Below, piece by piece: positions 38,580-50,945 of a stretch of 64,000 bases of DNA. The notes beneath the pieces were generated by a model. That model made no database searches. It was not told the origin of the DNA and saw only the letters and a list, made by a program, of their open reading frames with translations. Origin of the DNA: Anthoceros angustus (Eukaryota > Plantae > Anthocerotophyta); contig MU008165.1 in NCBI GenBank assembly GCA_010909165.1, forward strand, positions 682,001 through 746,000. The letters run 5' to 3'. Numbering within the stretch: the stretch's first letter is position 1; the number at the start of each line of letters is the position of its first letter. The position numbers and the translations under genes were made by a program.

Positions 38580-39330
38580 CGAGAAGGGCCCACCAAGCCT
38601 AGGAGGACCCAGGGAGGGCATTGGGACTCCACTGTTGAATGGCCCCTCGCCAGTATGGGAAGAAATTCCCGCTTCCCTCCTTTTGAATCCCCACGAGTCA
38701 CGGAGGCAATCATGGCGGAGGGAGCTCGTGTAATCGCCCGCACCAGCCGGACAGCAACCTTTGCCCGGGCTGACCTCGAGGGACGGGAGACGAAGAAAGG
38801 CGGCCTCACCACAATTCGCTCGATACCCAGCAAGCCCTTTCAATGGAGTGGCGGGAGGAAAGGCGGTGAGAAGGCGGGCGGGATGCGGCCTAGGGCGGCG
38901 GGAGGACAGCACCCCACACCCAGATCCTATCACCGATGAGGCGGGCGGGCCGACTCCGGACTCCTTCCGCCTTCTCAGGACTGGCGTGGCGGGAGGAGCT
39001 AGCGGCAGAGGCCAAGGAGGTAGAAGCTCAGGTCCGAGAATAATCGAACCTAAAGTCTGATTGAATTAGGTCGGAGCTCCTGTCAGGGTCCCTCAGGCTG
39101 AGTGCAGCGGTCCTTAACGGACCGGGAGATGCCCGCACCCTCGGCGGACTTCTCGGGTATCTCCCCAACAGGGGCCGTGGAGGAGACATGGTGGGTTCTC
39201 GCAGCCGTCATGGACGGTATGCTCTGGGGTCTCTCCGGGACAGCAGAGAAGACCCAGGAGGTGGAGGCCACCCGAAGGCGGATGGTGGAGCTCCAAGGCC
39301 AGGCGGAGGTGGCCCAAGCGGCCATGATCA
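38580..39330 (+). mobile_element. Inverted fragment of an element-H-family accessory ORF
   Basis: GAGAAGACCCAGGAGGTGGAGGCCACCCG...GATGGTGGAGCT at ~39246 matches the reverse complement of 43300-43350. Confidence 0.7.
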
Positions 39331-42300
39331 ACCATGGCCACCATGTTTACGGCAAGGGGCCTCGGCCTAGGTTTGGGAAGGGTTCGCCTCTTCTTGAATG
39401 GGTGCCTTGATTGCCCAGTTCTTTGGATGGCGCATTGTCCCTCAATTGTCAAATGTTATCATGAACTTTTGGTCCATGATGGCCTCCGCCAGATTGAAAG
39501 GGGCACTCGCCTGCGTTCTCCCCTTCTCAGCGCCTACACCCACTCCGGTTTCCACAACCGCGGTAGCTCCCAAAGGTGTCGCGGTCGTTAAAACAGGATG
39601 GCCAGTAGCTGACTTCGGTGGGGCGGTAGTGGACGGAGGCATGATGATTGTGGTCTGTTCCAGTTCTTCTCGAATCATATCCATGACTTCCCTTCTGACA
39701 TCTGGCGGAAATGCCAACTCATCTCTTTTCCGCCCGCGGTTTTTACGCGGAATGTCGCGACTCCGATTCGATTCCCTCGGCTTCCTCCGATTGCCGTCCC
39801 CCGAGGTAGTAGGGGTTTGGCGCGGAGAGTAACGCGCATAATATTCGCGGTGTGGCGTCCGGTGGCGTAGCCCGCATCTTGGTTCGCCGCCCACCCTCGG
39901 TACAGCTTTGCCTCTCCGGATCCTATGAGTCTTTGAAGGGCCATGAGCCTCAGTCCTTCTTACGCCCGATGAAGACGTGACTTCCTCCTCGCTTACAGAC
40001 ATTACGGATGTTTCCAACCCTTCCTTCTTTCTTTTCTTCCCCCGCTCCCCCCTTCTTAGGGTGTCTGCCTTCCTCTCGCTCCATCCGGCGAACTGACCAT
40101 GGCGGGGTCTCTCCTTATAATGGTTGTCCATGTCCTCCAATCCTCAAACTTCTCGGCATGCCTCGGAATCCTCCCCATCGCCATGGCGCATCCTCGATTT
40201 GCATGTTGTGTAGTTTTCTTTGTAGGGGTGAGTGAGTTGCCGTGTAGGGGTTGAGCAATTCTCACATGTTTTCGGTGTCGGCGGAGAACACTGCCCGACT
40301 CACGTGCCCATTGCTTGCAATCCACGACCTCTCAAAATCACCATTCCTGGCGAGATCACGGAGGCTAAAGGATGCCGAACCCGACAATTGTAACATTGAA
40401 TGGCACTCATTTGCGGGTTCTTGCCATCGATTACGAATGCCCATGCCGGTGAGGTTTCGTAAGTTTGAAGTACAAGGTCTTAGGGTATCAATCGTCGCCT
40501 CTTGAATTTGGTAGGTATCTTCCAAACACATTTCTTCCTCGTCCTCCTCGTAGCCCAGCAGTTGCACCTTCGTTTGGAATGATTCGACTTGAGTGTCCTG
40601 CATCATAGTGGAGCAAAAGATAGACGTGCTCACACAGCAACCCTCCTCCTATCGTGGTCTTTTATGGCATTAAGATGGAGTTTCTCCAATTTGGCCATCA
40701 TTTCCTCCATCTTGTTCCCTTGTTGCTCCACCTTTTTGTTTCCACCTCTCTTCTCACCGCTCCAGCGTCCTTCTTTGCGTCTTTGTGGCGCGACTTTTGA
40801 CGGCCAGCCGCGATCCTCATCGTTGCGATGGGGTCCGTTCCCGAGAGAATAGCGGGCTCCATTTGTGTCGTATCAATCGTTTACGACCGTTTGGACTCCA
40901 ACACTCGTTGCTCGTTTCCACTACTATCTACTCGTGATGTCCACCGAGCGACTTGGTGAGGCCAAGCGTTTAAGGACTCGTTCAGACTGATCATTACAGT
41001 CCGTCCCTCGTGCTTCTAGTCCGTCCTCTTACCACTCGCTACACTCATCTAAAATCACTCCGCCAACATCTTAGTCTTTACACCTCAGCGTTCTTTGGAA
41101 AAAATGGTGGGCCGGTCAGGACCTCCGTCGTTCTGGGCCCTCCTCAGGCTCGACTCGCCCTCCCGAGTTCTCCGGCTCACCTCCATTCCACCCGGCGCGT
41201 CACCGCGCTCTCGGGGCCGAGCAAGGGTCCCCGATCGTACTGCACACACACCACCACCACGTTGGGTCCGTCACGGGACACAGATCGGTCTCCATCGGTG
41301 CACCTCGTGCTTCGGGACTCACGTTAGGCACAGAAGTGCAAGGAAATGCGGCATCAACACCAAGAGAAAGATACTTTACTGTGGCGACCCTCTTATACTA
41401 CGCGAAGGTCGGCGTCTTTATTACACTTCTATTACAGTGGTGGCCGGTTCGGTGGGCCCCTTGCGCCTACTATCTCCCTTATTCCGCCTACCTATGTGCC
41501 GGTGGGGCTAGGATTGCTCTGGTTCGCCTCGGTGGCGGCAAGCCTAGCCACGAAGCTGCGGGCGCCCCCAATCGGATGATCCATGGCGGGCCCCACCGAG
41601 ACTCTATTAGTGAGCTACGGCGGACACGACAGCAAGCCACCTAAGTCCTCCTCCCCATCCTCTCTTGTCTGTTGGCGGGCCCTTGTCCCTGAGCCCTCCA
41701 AGAGATGGTTACTGTCGGGGCGGTGATTGGTGACTCCCTTCTCCACACAGTCGGACCTCGGGGTCCAGTCTCGACTCGAGTCCGGACCTCTGGGTCAGTC
41801 TTCTCTCAGTCCAGGACCTGGTTCGGTCTTCTTTCAGTCGGACCTGCAGGTCCTTCTTCTGAGTCGGACCTCGGGGTCAGGACTTCGCTCTGAGTTCGGT
41901 CTTCCCTCTCCGGACCTCGGGGTCAGTCATGAGCCCTTGGATTGGCGCGCCCGTGGACTACCAATGGTCCACCTCACAGGCCCTCCCTTTGGTCTAGGTT
42001 TCCGGACCCGCCCCTTCTGGCCTCCCAGGCCCTCCTCCCTTCCTTCGGTGGGGTGCGGAGTGCTTACCTCAGGCGCGGACCTTCCTTGCGTCCTGCTCCT
42101 CCATTGCTCCCTCGCCCCTTGTCGTCGTAAAGCAGGCGCTCCCTAAGGTCCCGATTGCGTCTTTGTCTCGGGGCCTTCCTCCCTCGCTCCTCCTTCTGAC
42201 CCGTCTGGAAGTCCGTCCATCTGTTGAGGGTGGCGCAAGACCTCCAGGGCCTTGAGGAGCTCCGCGTGGTAGTAGGAAAAGTCAGATCGACTTGTTGGTG

Positions 42301-44091
42301 CCTCCTCCACATGGGCCGGAGCACGGTACTCCCTCCTCCAGGTGCTCCGGCGGTTGGGCGTGTTGTCGGCTGATCGTCTCCGCCGGGCTCGCCAAGGCCA
42401 GGCGGACTCCCTTGATGCCAAGGCGGCCTCAAACACCTCCTGCAGCCTTTGCTCGCCGGCGTGCTCCTCCTCCTTTCGTCGTTGTAGCTCCACAGTTCTT
42501 TGGTCATGGAGCTCGCTCCCCCTCTGCCTTCCGCAATCGGACAAGCAGCCTCTGCTCCTCCTCCAGAGCCCTCGCCCCTCCGTCCATCCTTACCCGGAGG
42601 TAAGCCACTTCCTTCTCCAGGCGGGCCGGTATCTCCGCCCGGCTCCTAGCTTCCTCCAGCTCCTTCTTTAGCCCGGCGACGTCCAACTCCTTGGATCGCC
42701 GCCTACTCTCCTCCGTCCTCAAGCGAAGCTGAGGCAGCTCGATCTCTTCGAAGTCTTTGATTCTCGTTGAAATCCCGTGTTGCTCCGGCCAGCGTCTTGG
42801 TTCTGCGGGGTGTCCTTCGCCTTCCGGCTCTTGTCGCCGCTCCTCTGCTTCCTTGGCTGTACTCGTACTATTTCCAGTCTTGGCCTCCATTTACCTTCAC
42901 GGCTACTTAGTGCTCCAGCACTGTTCGCCTTGAGTTGGCCGGTAGCTAGCCCGTCTCCTCCACCGGTTCGATCCGTCGGTAGTGATCCGGTTGACCTTAC
43001 CAGCTTCCGCCTCCGCGCCGCCTTGACTTGAGCCTCGGCGGCTTGGTGTTGGTCCGGCCGAGCCGCCTCGGCGGTCGCGGGCGTTCTCGCCTACGACCTT
43101 CCTCCGCCTCCTTCTGCGCTTCCTCCCTCCATTCGCGGTCTTGACCCGTGCTTGGCCTCCTCATGCTTGATTTATTCGGTGAAGAACGTAGTCGATCTTC
43201 TTTGAACCGTTCGGACCTCTCGCCTCCCGGCGTTTTCCCTCCTCGATTCGAGGCGGGGACTCCGCCTTCTTCTTACGCCTCTGGGCGCCTCTACTGCCTT
43301 GAAGTTCCACCATCCTTCCGGGTAGCCTCCACTTCTTGGGTCTTCTCACATTCATGAGACCCCAAAACGCATACCGTCCATAATGGTAGCTAAACCGCGT
43401 TCTTCCAAGGCCTTGGGAAGATGCCGGAAGTCAGCGTAGGAGCATCCCTGGTCCGTCAAGGACCGCCATTGATAGTCGGGAGGCGAGTCGGGGCGGCTCT
43501 CGGACCTGTCGGGGACCCTCGGTCACAGTCTTTGAGTCCGAGCCTCGCCTTCCTTGGCCCTCTTGGCCGCTCACTCTTTCTCCGCCCTTCTCCTCATGGG
43601 GCTCGGAGGTGGTGAAGGGGTCTGGGAGCTGGCCCTTTTGCCTCTCCCGGTCGGGGACAAGACAGGCTCCGGGTGGGGTTGCTGCCAGTGGCCTCTCGCT
43701 CCTTGGGCAACGTCCCTTTCCGCCCGTCGTACTGCCTCCTCCGCTTCTTGCCACTTCGTTGGCGAGAGGCGAAACCGCAGGCGCGATCCCCTAGTCTTGC
43801 ATTGGTGGCGCGATCTTCCGCCTCTTGATTCCGGCCCGAGTCCGGCGGCCTCGACATTGTCGTTGTTGTTGCTTTGATGCTGGAACCGCCAACTGTGGCC
43901 GCCTCTTCCTGCGTCGGCTGCTCCGATGAGGGCACCAGGAGGAGAGCAAATAATCAAATTCAAATAATAATAATAAACTAGAACATCATGGTGAGAATAC
44001 CCTAATAGTACTATCATGACAGAACGGGGACCCGGAGAAAAAAGGAGCGAACCCTGGGTTGTTGCTTGTCCATTAAGAGGCGTGCGGAACA
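39331..44091 (-). mobile_element. Gypsy element H (related to A): terminus, coiled-coil ORF, repeats, internally deleted gag
   Basis: APFNLAEAIMDQKFMITF and GNKMEEMMAK shared with A; TGTTCCGC start at 44091; E/R-rich frames at 42064-43935; TCGGACCT repeats at 41750-41930. Confidence 0.8.
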
Positions 44092-45121
44092 TGATGAAGC
44101 ATTACGCACTTATGAAGCAGCCTGTGAACTTGATGAATCAGCTTGTGAACTTGATGAAGCAACTTGATGATGCCCTGCCGTAAATACCCGGGAGCCCCGC
44201 AACCACGACCTGCTTGCAAGCCCATCGAATCTCCTCATCCAGCTGTGCTTCTGCAAAAGCTGATAATGGTGTGTTCGAGGGCATCGGACCCAGGCGGGGA
44301 AAGCTTTGGCAGCTAAACCCTGACCCAGACGATAACCAGGACGTCCGCGTGGTGACCCGCTTTCAGCAGCAATGGATACAAAAACGGCGGCTGGAGCATC
44401 TCCCGCTCACGGTGATGGGAGTGTCGACTTCCGGGCCGCATCCAGGAAATCAGGCTCCGCTCACGATGTCTCCAACGGTTACGTTGGAGCTGTACATCCA
44501 CTTGTTGGCTCGGTACACGTTTTAGGGCACCCTTCAGTTCAGAAACAGCAAAGAGCAGCAAAAACATCCTTCCCACTGTCTCCACTTTCTCAGGCCTGCG
44601 CACTTTCCGCACATGCTCACATGCACACATCGCGCACTTCATGCTGCGTTGCTGCTGGTAGACCGGATCATCCGGCTCTGGCTGTAAGGCCAAATCAGCA
44701 TTCCTGTCAATGACAAGAAACCGATCAGATTCGACAGAGTTGTGTTGCCTCCATGGATCACACTATGATCCATTGTAGAACACCTGGAGGGTGCTCAAGC
44801 GCAATACATAAATGAGAGTACTTTGCACCGTTCTTCGCAGAGTCAGGAATGGATTCATACCTTGCAAGCTCTTGAATGGAGCATGCTCTACGACATCTCC
44901 ATCTTCAGCTTTATCTGCACCTGCTTCACACAGTAAAAAATGAGGATGCCAGATAATCCCACCTCCTGGCCCTAAATGGTGACGTCTCATGATCATGTGC
45001 TTGCAACACTTCATGAGAGGGCTTTGACGGAACCATGCAGGGGATAGAGCGCACCACTGAGGAAATACAGCAGAGTACCCGCGTCGTTTACCAGAGATGG
45101 CTACATTGTTGGAGAGCCACT

Positions 45122-48100
45122 CTACCGGCGAGGCTCGAGTCTGGGGATGCTTTTAACCCCAACCAGAAAACTATGCACCAGCCCATCCATGTCCGTCCAC
45201 CAGCTCTGGCCAGGTTGCTTCCAGGCCCTGACAACTATTCTCCTTGCCTGCATATCCTGCGCCTGCTCCCACATCTCGGTGCCGGTGAATATGTTTGACA
45301 TGAGCACATATGCTGCATCATCCTTCTTGTCCAGCTTCAGTACTTGGTCGAAGGCATGGCGTCCCACCTCCAGGTCCCTCCACTTTTGACAAGCGCCTAG
45401 CAGAGAATGCCAAACTGCAGCGTCGGGGAGTAGAGGCATTGCTTTTACCAAAGCTAGGGCCTCGTCCAGTAGGCCTGCACGGCCCAGGAGGTCCACCATG
45501 CATGTGTAGTGCTCCACTGTTGGGTCGACGCCGTAGTTCTTGCTCATGCCGTCAAAGTACTCGCGCCCCTTGCTCACCAGACCTGTATGACTGCATACCG
45601 TGAGTAGACTAAGGAAGGTGATGCCATCTGGCTGTATGCCATCGCCTCTCATTCTGTCAACCAAGTCGAAGACCTCTGCACTGTCTCCCTGGCGGCTGTA
45701 TCCTGCAATCAGCGCATTCCAAGTGATAACATCTCTTTCAGGCAACGCCTCAAAGACGTTCTGTGCCTCAGCCATGCTCCCTGACTTCCCATACATATTT
45801 ATCAAACTTCGGGCTACATATTCATCAGCTTGAAGCCCTTGTTCTTCAATCTGTGCGTGTAGCTGCCTTCCCACATGCAAAGCCGCCACACTTGCGCACG
45901 CCTGCAGGAGGCTCGCAAATGTGACAGAATCGGGTACAGCAAGGCCTTCCTCTTGCATTGCACTGTAGAGCTCAAGGGCTTCCTGCCCCATGCCCTGCTG
46001 CGAATACTGCGTTATCATAGCATTCCATGTCACCACATCTTTTCGACCTAGTCCATCAAACACTTTTTGCGCGTCTTCTAGGCTACCACACTTTGCATAC
46101 ATGTTTACCAAACTGTTGGCTATCACCACATCAGCTTGGTGTCCTTGCTCTCTAATCTGCTTGTGAAGATCCTTCCCCTTCTCTAAGGCTGCATTGCCAA
46201 GATTTGCACATGCCTGAAGGACACAGAGAAATGTCACTGCATTGGGTAAGGCCATGCCATCTTCTTGCATAGCATTGTAAACACGCAGGGCTTCCAAGCC
46301 CTCGCCATTCTGGGAATACCCTGCAATCAGCACATTCCACGCCACAACATCTTTTTTGGCAAGTCCATCGAACACTGTCTGGGCATCCTCCACGCTGCCA
46401 CATTTTGCATACATATTTACCAAACTGTTCACCACAAACACATCGGCTTGATGTCCTCGTTCTCTAATTTGTGCGTGAAGCTCCTTCCCCTTCCCCAGAG
46501 CAGCAGTGCCCACACTTGCACATGCCTGCAAGAGGCACACAAAAGTCACAGAATTCGGCGTAGCAGCGCCATCTTCTTCCATGACACTGTAGAGATGAAG
46601 GGCTTCCTGCCCCTTGCCCTGCTGGGAACACCCTGCTATCATTGCATTCCATGTCACAACATCTTTCTCATCAAGTTCATCAAACACTCTCTGGGCCTCT
46701 TCCAAGCTGCCACACTTGGCATACATGTTCACCAAGCTGCTGGCTACAAACACATCAACATCGTGTCCTCTTTCTCTGATTTGCACATGAAGCTGCTTGC
46801 CCATCTCCAAAGCTGGGGTGCCCACAGTTGCGCATGCCTGCAGAAGACATACAAACGTAACAGAATCCGGCGCAGCATTCCCTTCTCCTTGCATATCCCT
46901 GTAGAGACGAAGGGCTTCCTGGCCCATGCCCTGCTGGGAGTACAGTGCTATCATGGCATTCCATGTAACCACATCTTTTTGACCAAGTCCGTCAAACACT
47001 CTTTGGGCATCTTCCAAGCTGCCACACTTTGCATACATGTTCACCAAACTGTTGGATACAAATGCATTAGCCTGGTGTCCTTGTTCTACAAGTTGTGTAT
47101 GAAGCTGCTTCCCCTTCTCCAACGCCTGGGAGCCCACGCTTGCACATGCCTGCAGAAGGCAGATAAATGTCACAGAATCAGGGACCGGCATGCCATTTCC
47201 TTGCATAGCACTGTAGAGACGAAGGGCTTCCTGGCCCATGCCCTGCTGGGAAAACCCTGCTAAGAGAGCAGTCCAAGAAACTGGATCTTTCTGTCCAAGT
47301 CCGTCAAACACTCTCTGAGCATCCTCCAGGCAGACACAGTTCGCATACATCTTTAGCAAACTGCTGGCTACAGTATCATCAACTTGAAGACCTTGTTCTC
47401 TGATTTGTGCATGAAGCTGCTTCCCCATCTCCAACGCTGGAGTACCGACAGTTGCACATGCCTGAAGGAGGCACAAAAACGTCACAGAATTTGGTGCAAC
47501 AATGCCTTCTTCATGCATAGCGCTGTAAAGACTAAGGGCTTCCTGCCCCATGCCCTTCTGGGAATATCCTGCTATCATGGCACTCCACGTCACCACATTC
47601 TTTTCACAAAGTCTGTCAAAGACGAAGCGGGCATCCTCTATGCTGCCACACTTTGCATACATGTTCACCAAGCTGTTGGCTACAAACACATCAGCTTGAT
47701 GTCCCCGTTCTCTGATCTGCTCATGCAGCCGCTTCCCCATCTCCAAAGCCAGGGTGCCCACACTAGCACATGCCTGCAGTAGACAAACAAATGTCACTGA
47801 GTTGGGAACAGCCATGCCTTCTTTGTGCATAGCATTGTAGAGGTCAAGGGCTTCCTGCCCCATGCCCTGCTGGGCATATCCTGCAATCAGAGCAGTCCAG
47901 GTCACCACATCTTTTCGACCAAGCCCATCAAACACTCTCTGAGCATCCTCTAGGCTACCACATTTTGCATACATGCTCACCAAACTGTTGGCCACGAACA
48001 CATCAGCATGATATCCTCGTTCTGTAATTTGCACATGAAGCTGCCTCCCCGTCTCCAATGCGGAGATGCCTACACTTGTACATGCCTGCAGGAGGCACAG

Positions 48101-48955
48101 AAATGTCACCGAATCGGGTACAGCCACACCATCTTCTTGCATGTCACTATAAAGCCGAAGTGCATCCTGCCCCTGGCCCTTCTGAGAGTACCCTGCGATC
48201 ATAGCATTCCATGTCACCACATTCTTTTGACCAAGCCCATCAAAGACATGCTGAGCATCCTCCAAGCTTCCACACTTGGCATACATGTCCACCAAGCAGC
48301 TAGAAAGCACCAAGTTCGGCTCAAGTCCACTGGCCAGCACATCAGCATGCACCTGCTGCCCAGTTTTCAAGTCTGATCCCCTCGCACAAGCCTGCAGGGC
48401 TGCCACGAACACATGCCCATCCGGCTTCGCCTCTGACCTTCGCATCCGATGATACAGCTCTATAGCCTGCTTATCTTGCCCATGTTTAGCATAAGCAGAA
48501 ATGATGGAAGACCACAGGAAGGCATCTGGTTTGGCGACCACGGAGAACACATCCATCGCGTCATGCAACATGCCATGAGAAGCATACATCCGTAGGATCT
48601 GGTTGCACAGGAAGGTGTCCGACTGGTACCCCTTTTCCACCGTGGAAGCATGAACCCGACGACCCAGAGTAAGATCCCTCTTCAATACACATTTCCTCAG
48701 CAGAGTATAAAAAACAGACTTGGAAACACAACAGTCCGTGTGCACCAGGGCTTCCAGAGCCTCGACAGCCTCAATAAGACGGCCCTGATGACATAGCTTC
48801 CTCACGGTTTCAGGCGTGGCAGCGGCCCTCTCGCATCCTGCAGGCCTGCTAGAGCCAGGATCATCCGGCAAGCTCCAAGTGGATTTGCAGGCACGCCGAG
48901 CCATAAGACGAGCAGGAGATCTCCCTCCAATTCCAGTTAACCTAAAGACAGCCAT
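45122..48955 (-). CDS. PLS-class PPR protein (~1277 aa, ~32 motifs, E1-E2, WW-type PG box, no DYW deaminase seen); probable organellar RNA-editing specificity factor
   Basis: First ATG at 48955 (the track's start at 48991 is GTG); R/S/A-rich N-terminus; L-S-(P-L-S)x9-P2-L2-S2-E1-E2-QPGQSWWTD. Confidence 0.97.
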   Translation of the reverse strand: MAVFRLTGIGGRSPARLMARRACKSTWSLPDDPGSSRPAGCERAAATPETVRKLCHQGRLIEAVEALEALVHTDCCVSKSVFYTLLRKCVLKRDLTLGRRVHASTVEKGYQSDTFLCNQILRMYASHGMLHDAMDVFSVVAKPDAFLWSSIISAYAKHGQDKQAIELYHRMRRSEAKPDGHVFVAALQACARGSDLKTGQQVHADVLASGLEPNLVLSSCLVDMYAKCGSLEDAQHVFDGLGQKNVVTWNAMIAGYSQKGQGQDALRLYSDMQEDGVAVPDSVTFLCLLQACTSVGISALETGRQLHVQITERGYHADVFVANSLVSMYAKCGSLEDAQRVFDGLGRKDVVTWTALIAGYAQQGMGQEALDLYNAMHKEGMAVPNSVTFVCLLQACASVGTLALEMGKRLHEQIRERGHQADVFVANSLVNMYAKCGSIEDARFVFDRLCEKNVVTWSAMIAGYSQKGMGQEALSLYSAMHEEGIVAPNSVTFLCLLQACATVGTPALEMGKQLHAQIREQGLQVDDTVASSLLKMYANCVCLEDAQRVFDGLGQKDPVSWTALLAGFSQQGMGQEALRLYSAMQGNGMPVPDSVTFICLLQACASVGSQALEKGKQLHTQLVEQGHQANAFVSNSLVNMYAKCGSLEDAQRVFDGLGQKDVVTWNAMIALYSQQGMGQEALRLYRDMQGEGNAAPDSVTFVCLLQACATVGTPALEMGKQLHVQIRERGHDVDVFVASSLVNMYAKCGSLEEAQRVFDELDEKDVVTWNAMIAGCSQQGKGQEALHLYSVMEEDGAATPNSVTFVCLLQACASVGTAALGKGKELHAQIRERGHQADVFVVNSLVNMYAKCGSVEDAQTVFDGLAKKDVVAWNVLIAGYSQNGEGLEALRVYNAMQEDGMALPNAVTFLCVLQACANLGNAALEKGKDLHKQIREQGHQADVVIANSLVNMYAKCGSLEDAQKVFDGLGRKDVVTWNAMITQYSQQGMGQEALELYSAMQEEGLAVPDSVTFASLLQACASVAALHVGRQLHAQIEEQGLQADEYVARSLINMYGKSGSMAEAQNVFEALPERDVITWNALIAGYSRQGDSAEVFDLVDRMRGDGIQPDGITFLSLLTVCSHTGLVSKGREYFDGMSKNYGVDPTVEHYTCMVDLLGRAGLLDEALALVKAMPLLPDAAVWHSLLGACQKWRDLEVGRHAFDQVLKLDKKDDAAYVLMSNIFTGTEMWEQAQDMQARRIVVRAWKQPGQSWWTDMDGLVHSFLVGVKSIPRLEPRR

Positions 48956-49110
48956 GGCTCCCTCCCAGAAGCACGCGTCCTCATCTTGCACTTAGCAAAC
49001 AGCAGCTTCTACCTGGTGGGATCGTTCGGGGAACTGCTGGGCATGGAGAAGGTGTGCCCATGCAGCTGCAGTGGCGACGGGCCAGGATGACGGCCTTGAA
49101 GCGTAGGAGG

Positions 49111-49123
49111 TACGTACGTACGT

Positions 49124-49154
<31 letters not shown>

Positions 49155-49214
49155 TACATACATACATACATACATACATACATACATACATACATACATA
49201 CATACATACATACA

Positions 49215-49246
<32 letters not shown>

Positions 49247-49373
49247 CATACATACATACATACATACATACATACATACATACATACATACATACATACA
49301 TACATACATACATACATACATACATACATACATACATACATACATACATACATACATACATACATACATACAT

Positions 49374-49407
<34 letters not shown>
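49111..49407. repeat. Compound microsatellite (TACG)3-(CA)n-(TACA)~60-(CA)n
   Basis: Directly visible; one TA interruption near 49243. Confidence 0.99.
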
Positions 49408-50067
49408 TCTGACTTACTTAGTATGTATGTATGTGATAAAGCATCACTTACACTATGTTGCCAGCCAGTAGCTGGCCTTTGCGTGGCTTCAAATTTTTTG
49501 TTTTTTGATACCGTGCATGGATGATATTGACGGGTTCTTAGATATTAGGCGGCTGTTGACTTACCTTGCCGCCATGTTGCAGCCAATAAAAAGCCTATGT
49601 AATGCATTCTCTTTGCAACACCTGGTTCTTGGGATCTGCACCTTCATGATAGCTCTTCTTAATTTTTCCTCTCCTTATACCCACAGCAGCTTAGTAGCCC
49701 TCCACTCTAATCTAGCATTCTTGTCGGCTCCCTCTCCTCCTGATCCCTCAGCCCTATCCGGACCCCTAGCTTGGGACTCTTTGTTACTTTGGTGTTCTTG
49801 GGAAGATTGCCAACTTGATGGCCTACATGGCTCAGCAAGTGAGATTGCTCACCGTTCAGACCTTTGCAATTTTCCTGTGCAGATCTGTTGGTCTGCTCAT
49901 GTGCTCTTGTTCCAATTCGTTGTGCTGGATTTTCCCTTTGCTGGCAGGTACTTGCTTCCTGACCGCTGGTTTTCCTTTGATTGCAACTAGCAATGTGTCT
50001 GCAAATATAATGTGTGGTAGGGTTTGATTTTCACTGCTGCTCAAGTGCCATGGATCCTCCATTCTGG

Positions 50068-50945
50068 CCAGAAATCCATGCTAAGGAGGTCCCTTTTGGA
50101 GCTGATGAAGGGGGGACGGAGGAGCTGCCCCACCAGGCCCTGGATTTTTACAGCAGTCTAGGATGTCTGCAGGCTTGGTGTGCTTGGGATGTTCATGGAG
50201 TTTCCTTGCTGCTGATTTTTTGTCTCATCACAGTCATGAGGTCTGTAGGTCATGGTGTGAGTTTCATGTTTCTTAAATAACATGATTGTGTACACTCCAC
50301 ACTTGCTTTGGATGATGGCATTTGTGATATAATGTTCCATGACTAACCTGGATGAACTCATGCTATGTACATACAGTGTGCTCTTTTACAGGCTTTTTTG
50401 GTGACTTCCAAAGATGGTAGTTGCCACATCCTGGCTAGCTACTTGCTGGTATTTGCTTTGAACTCCTGCTGATTTCACATGCAATGTATTTTATATGCCC
50501 ATCCACGACCAGCCAGAAATCCATGCCGATAAGGTCCCGTTTGGAGCTGATGAAGGGGGAAAAGAGAAGCTGGCCCTGGGTCTTTATAGCAGTCTAGGAC
50601 GTCTGGAGGCTTGGTGTGCTTAGGATGTTCCTGGAGTTTTCCTTGCTGCTGATTTTTGTCTCATCACAAGTCATGAGGTTTGTGGGACATGTGTGTGTTT
50701 CATGTTTCTTAAACAAAATGATTGTGCACACTACACATTTGCTTTGGATGATGGCATTTGTGGCGTAAGTGTTCCATGACTAACCTAGATGAACTAATGC
50801 TTTGCACATACAATGTCTTCTTTTACAGGCTTTTTTGGTGATTTCCAAAGATGGTAGATACCACACCTTGGGTAGCTACCTGCTAGTCTTTGCTTTGAAC
50901 TCCTGTTGATTTCATATGCAATGCATTTCATTTACCCATCCACGA
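50068..50945. repeat. Diverged ~445-bp tandem duplication
   Basis: CCAGAAATCCATGC...CCCATCCACGA at 50068-50508 and 50513-50945. Confidence 0.95.

Noticed and set aside
44763-45120. DYW deaminase domain after the PPR array
   Set aside because: No HxE or CxxC zinc motifs in the frames examined
46265-48376. Plus-strand His/Cys-rich ORFs of up to 332 aa
   Set aside because: Antisense shadows of the repetitive PPR ORF
48981-49524. ORFs reading MYVC... or HTYI...
   Set aside because: Translations of the microsatellite
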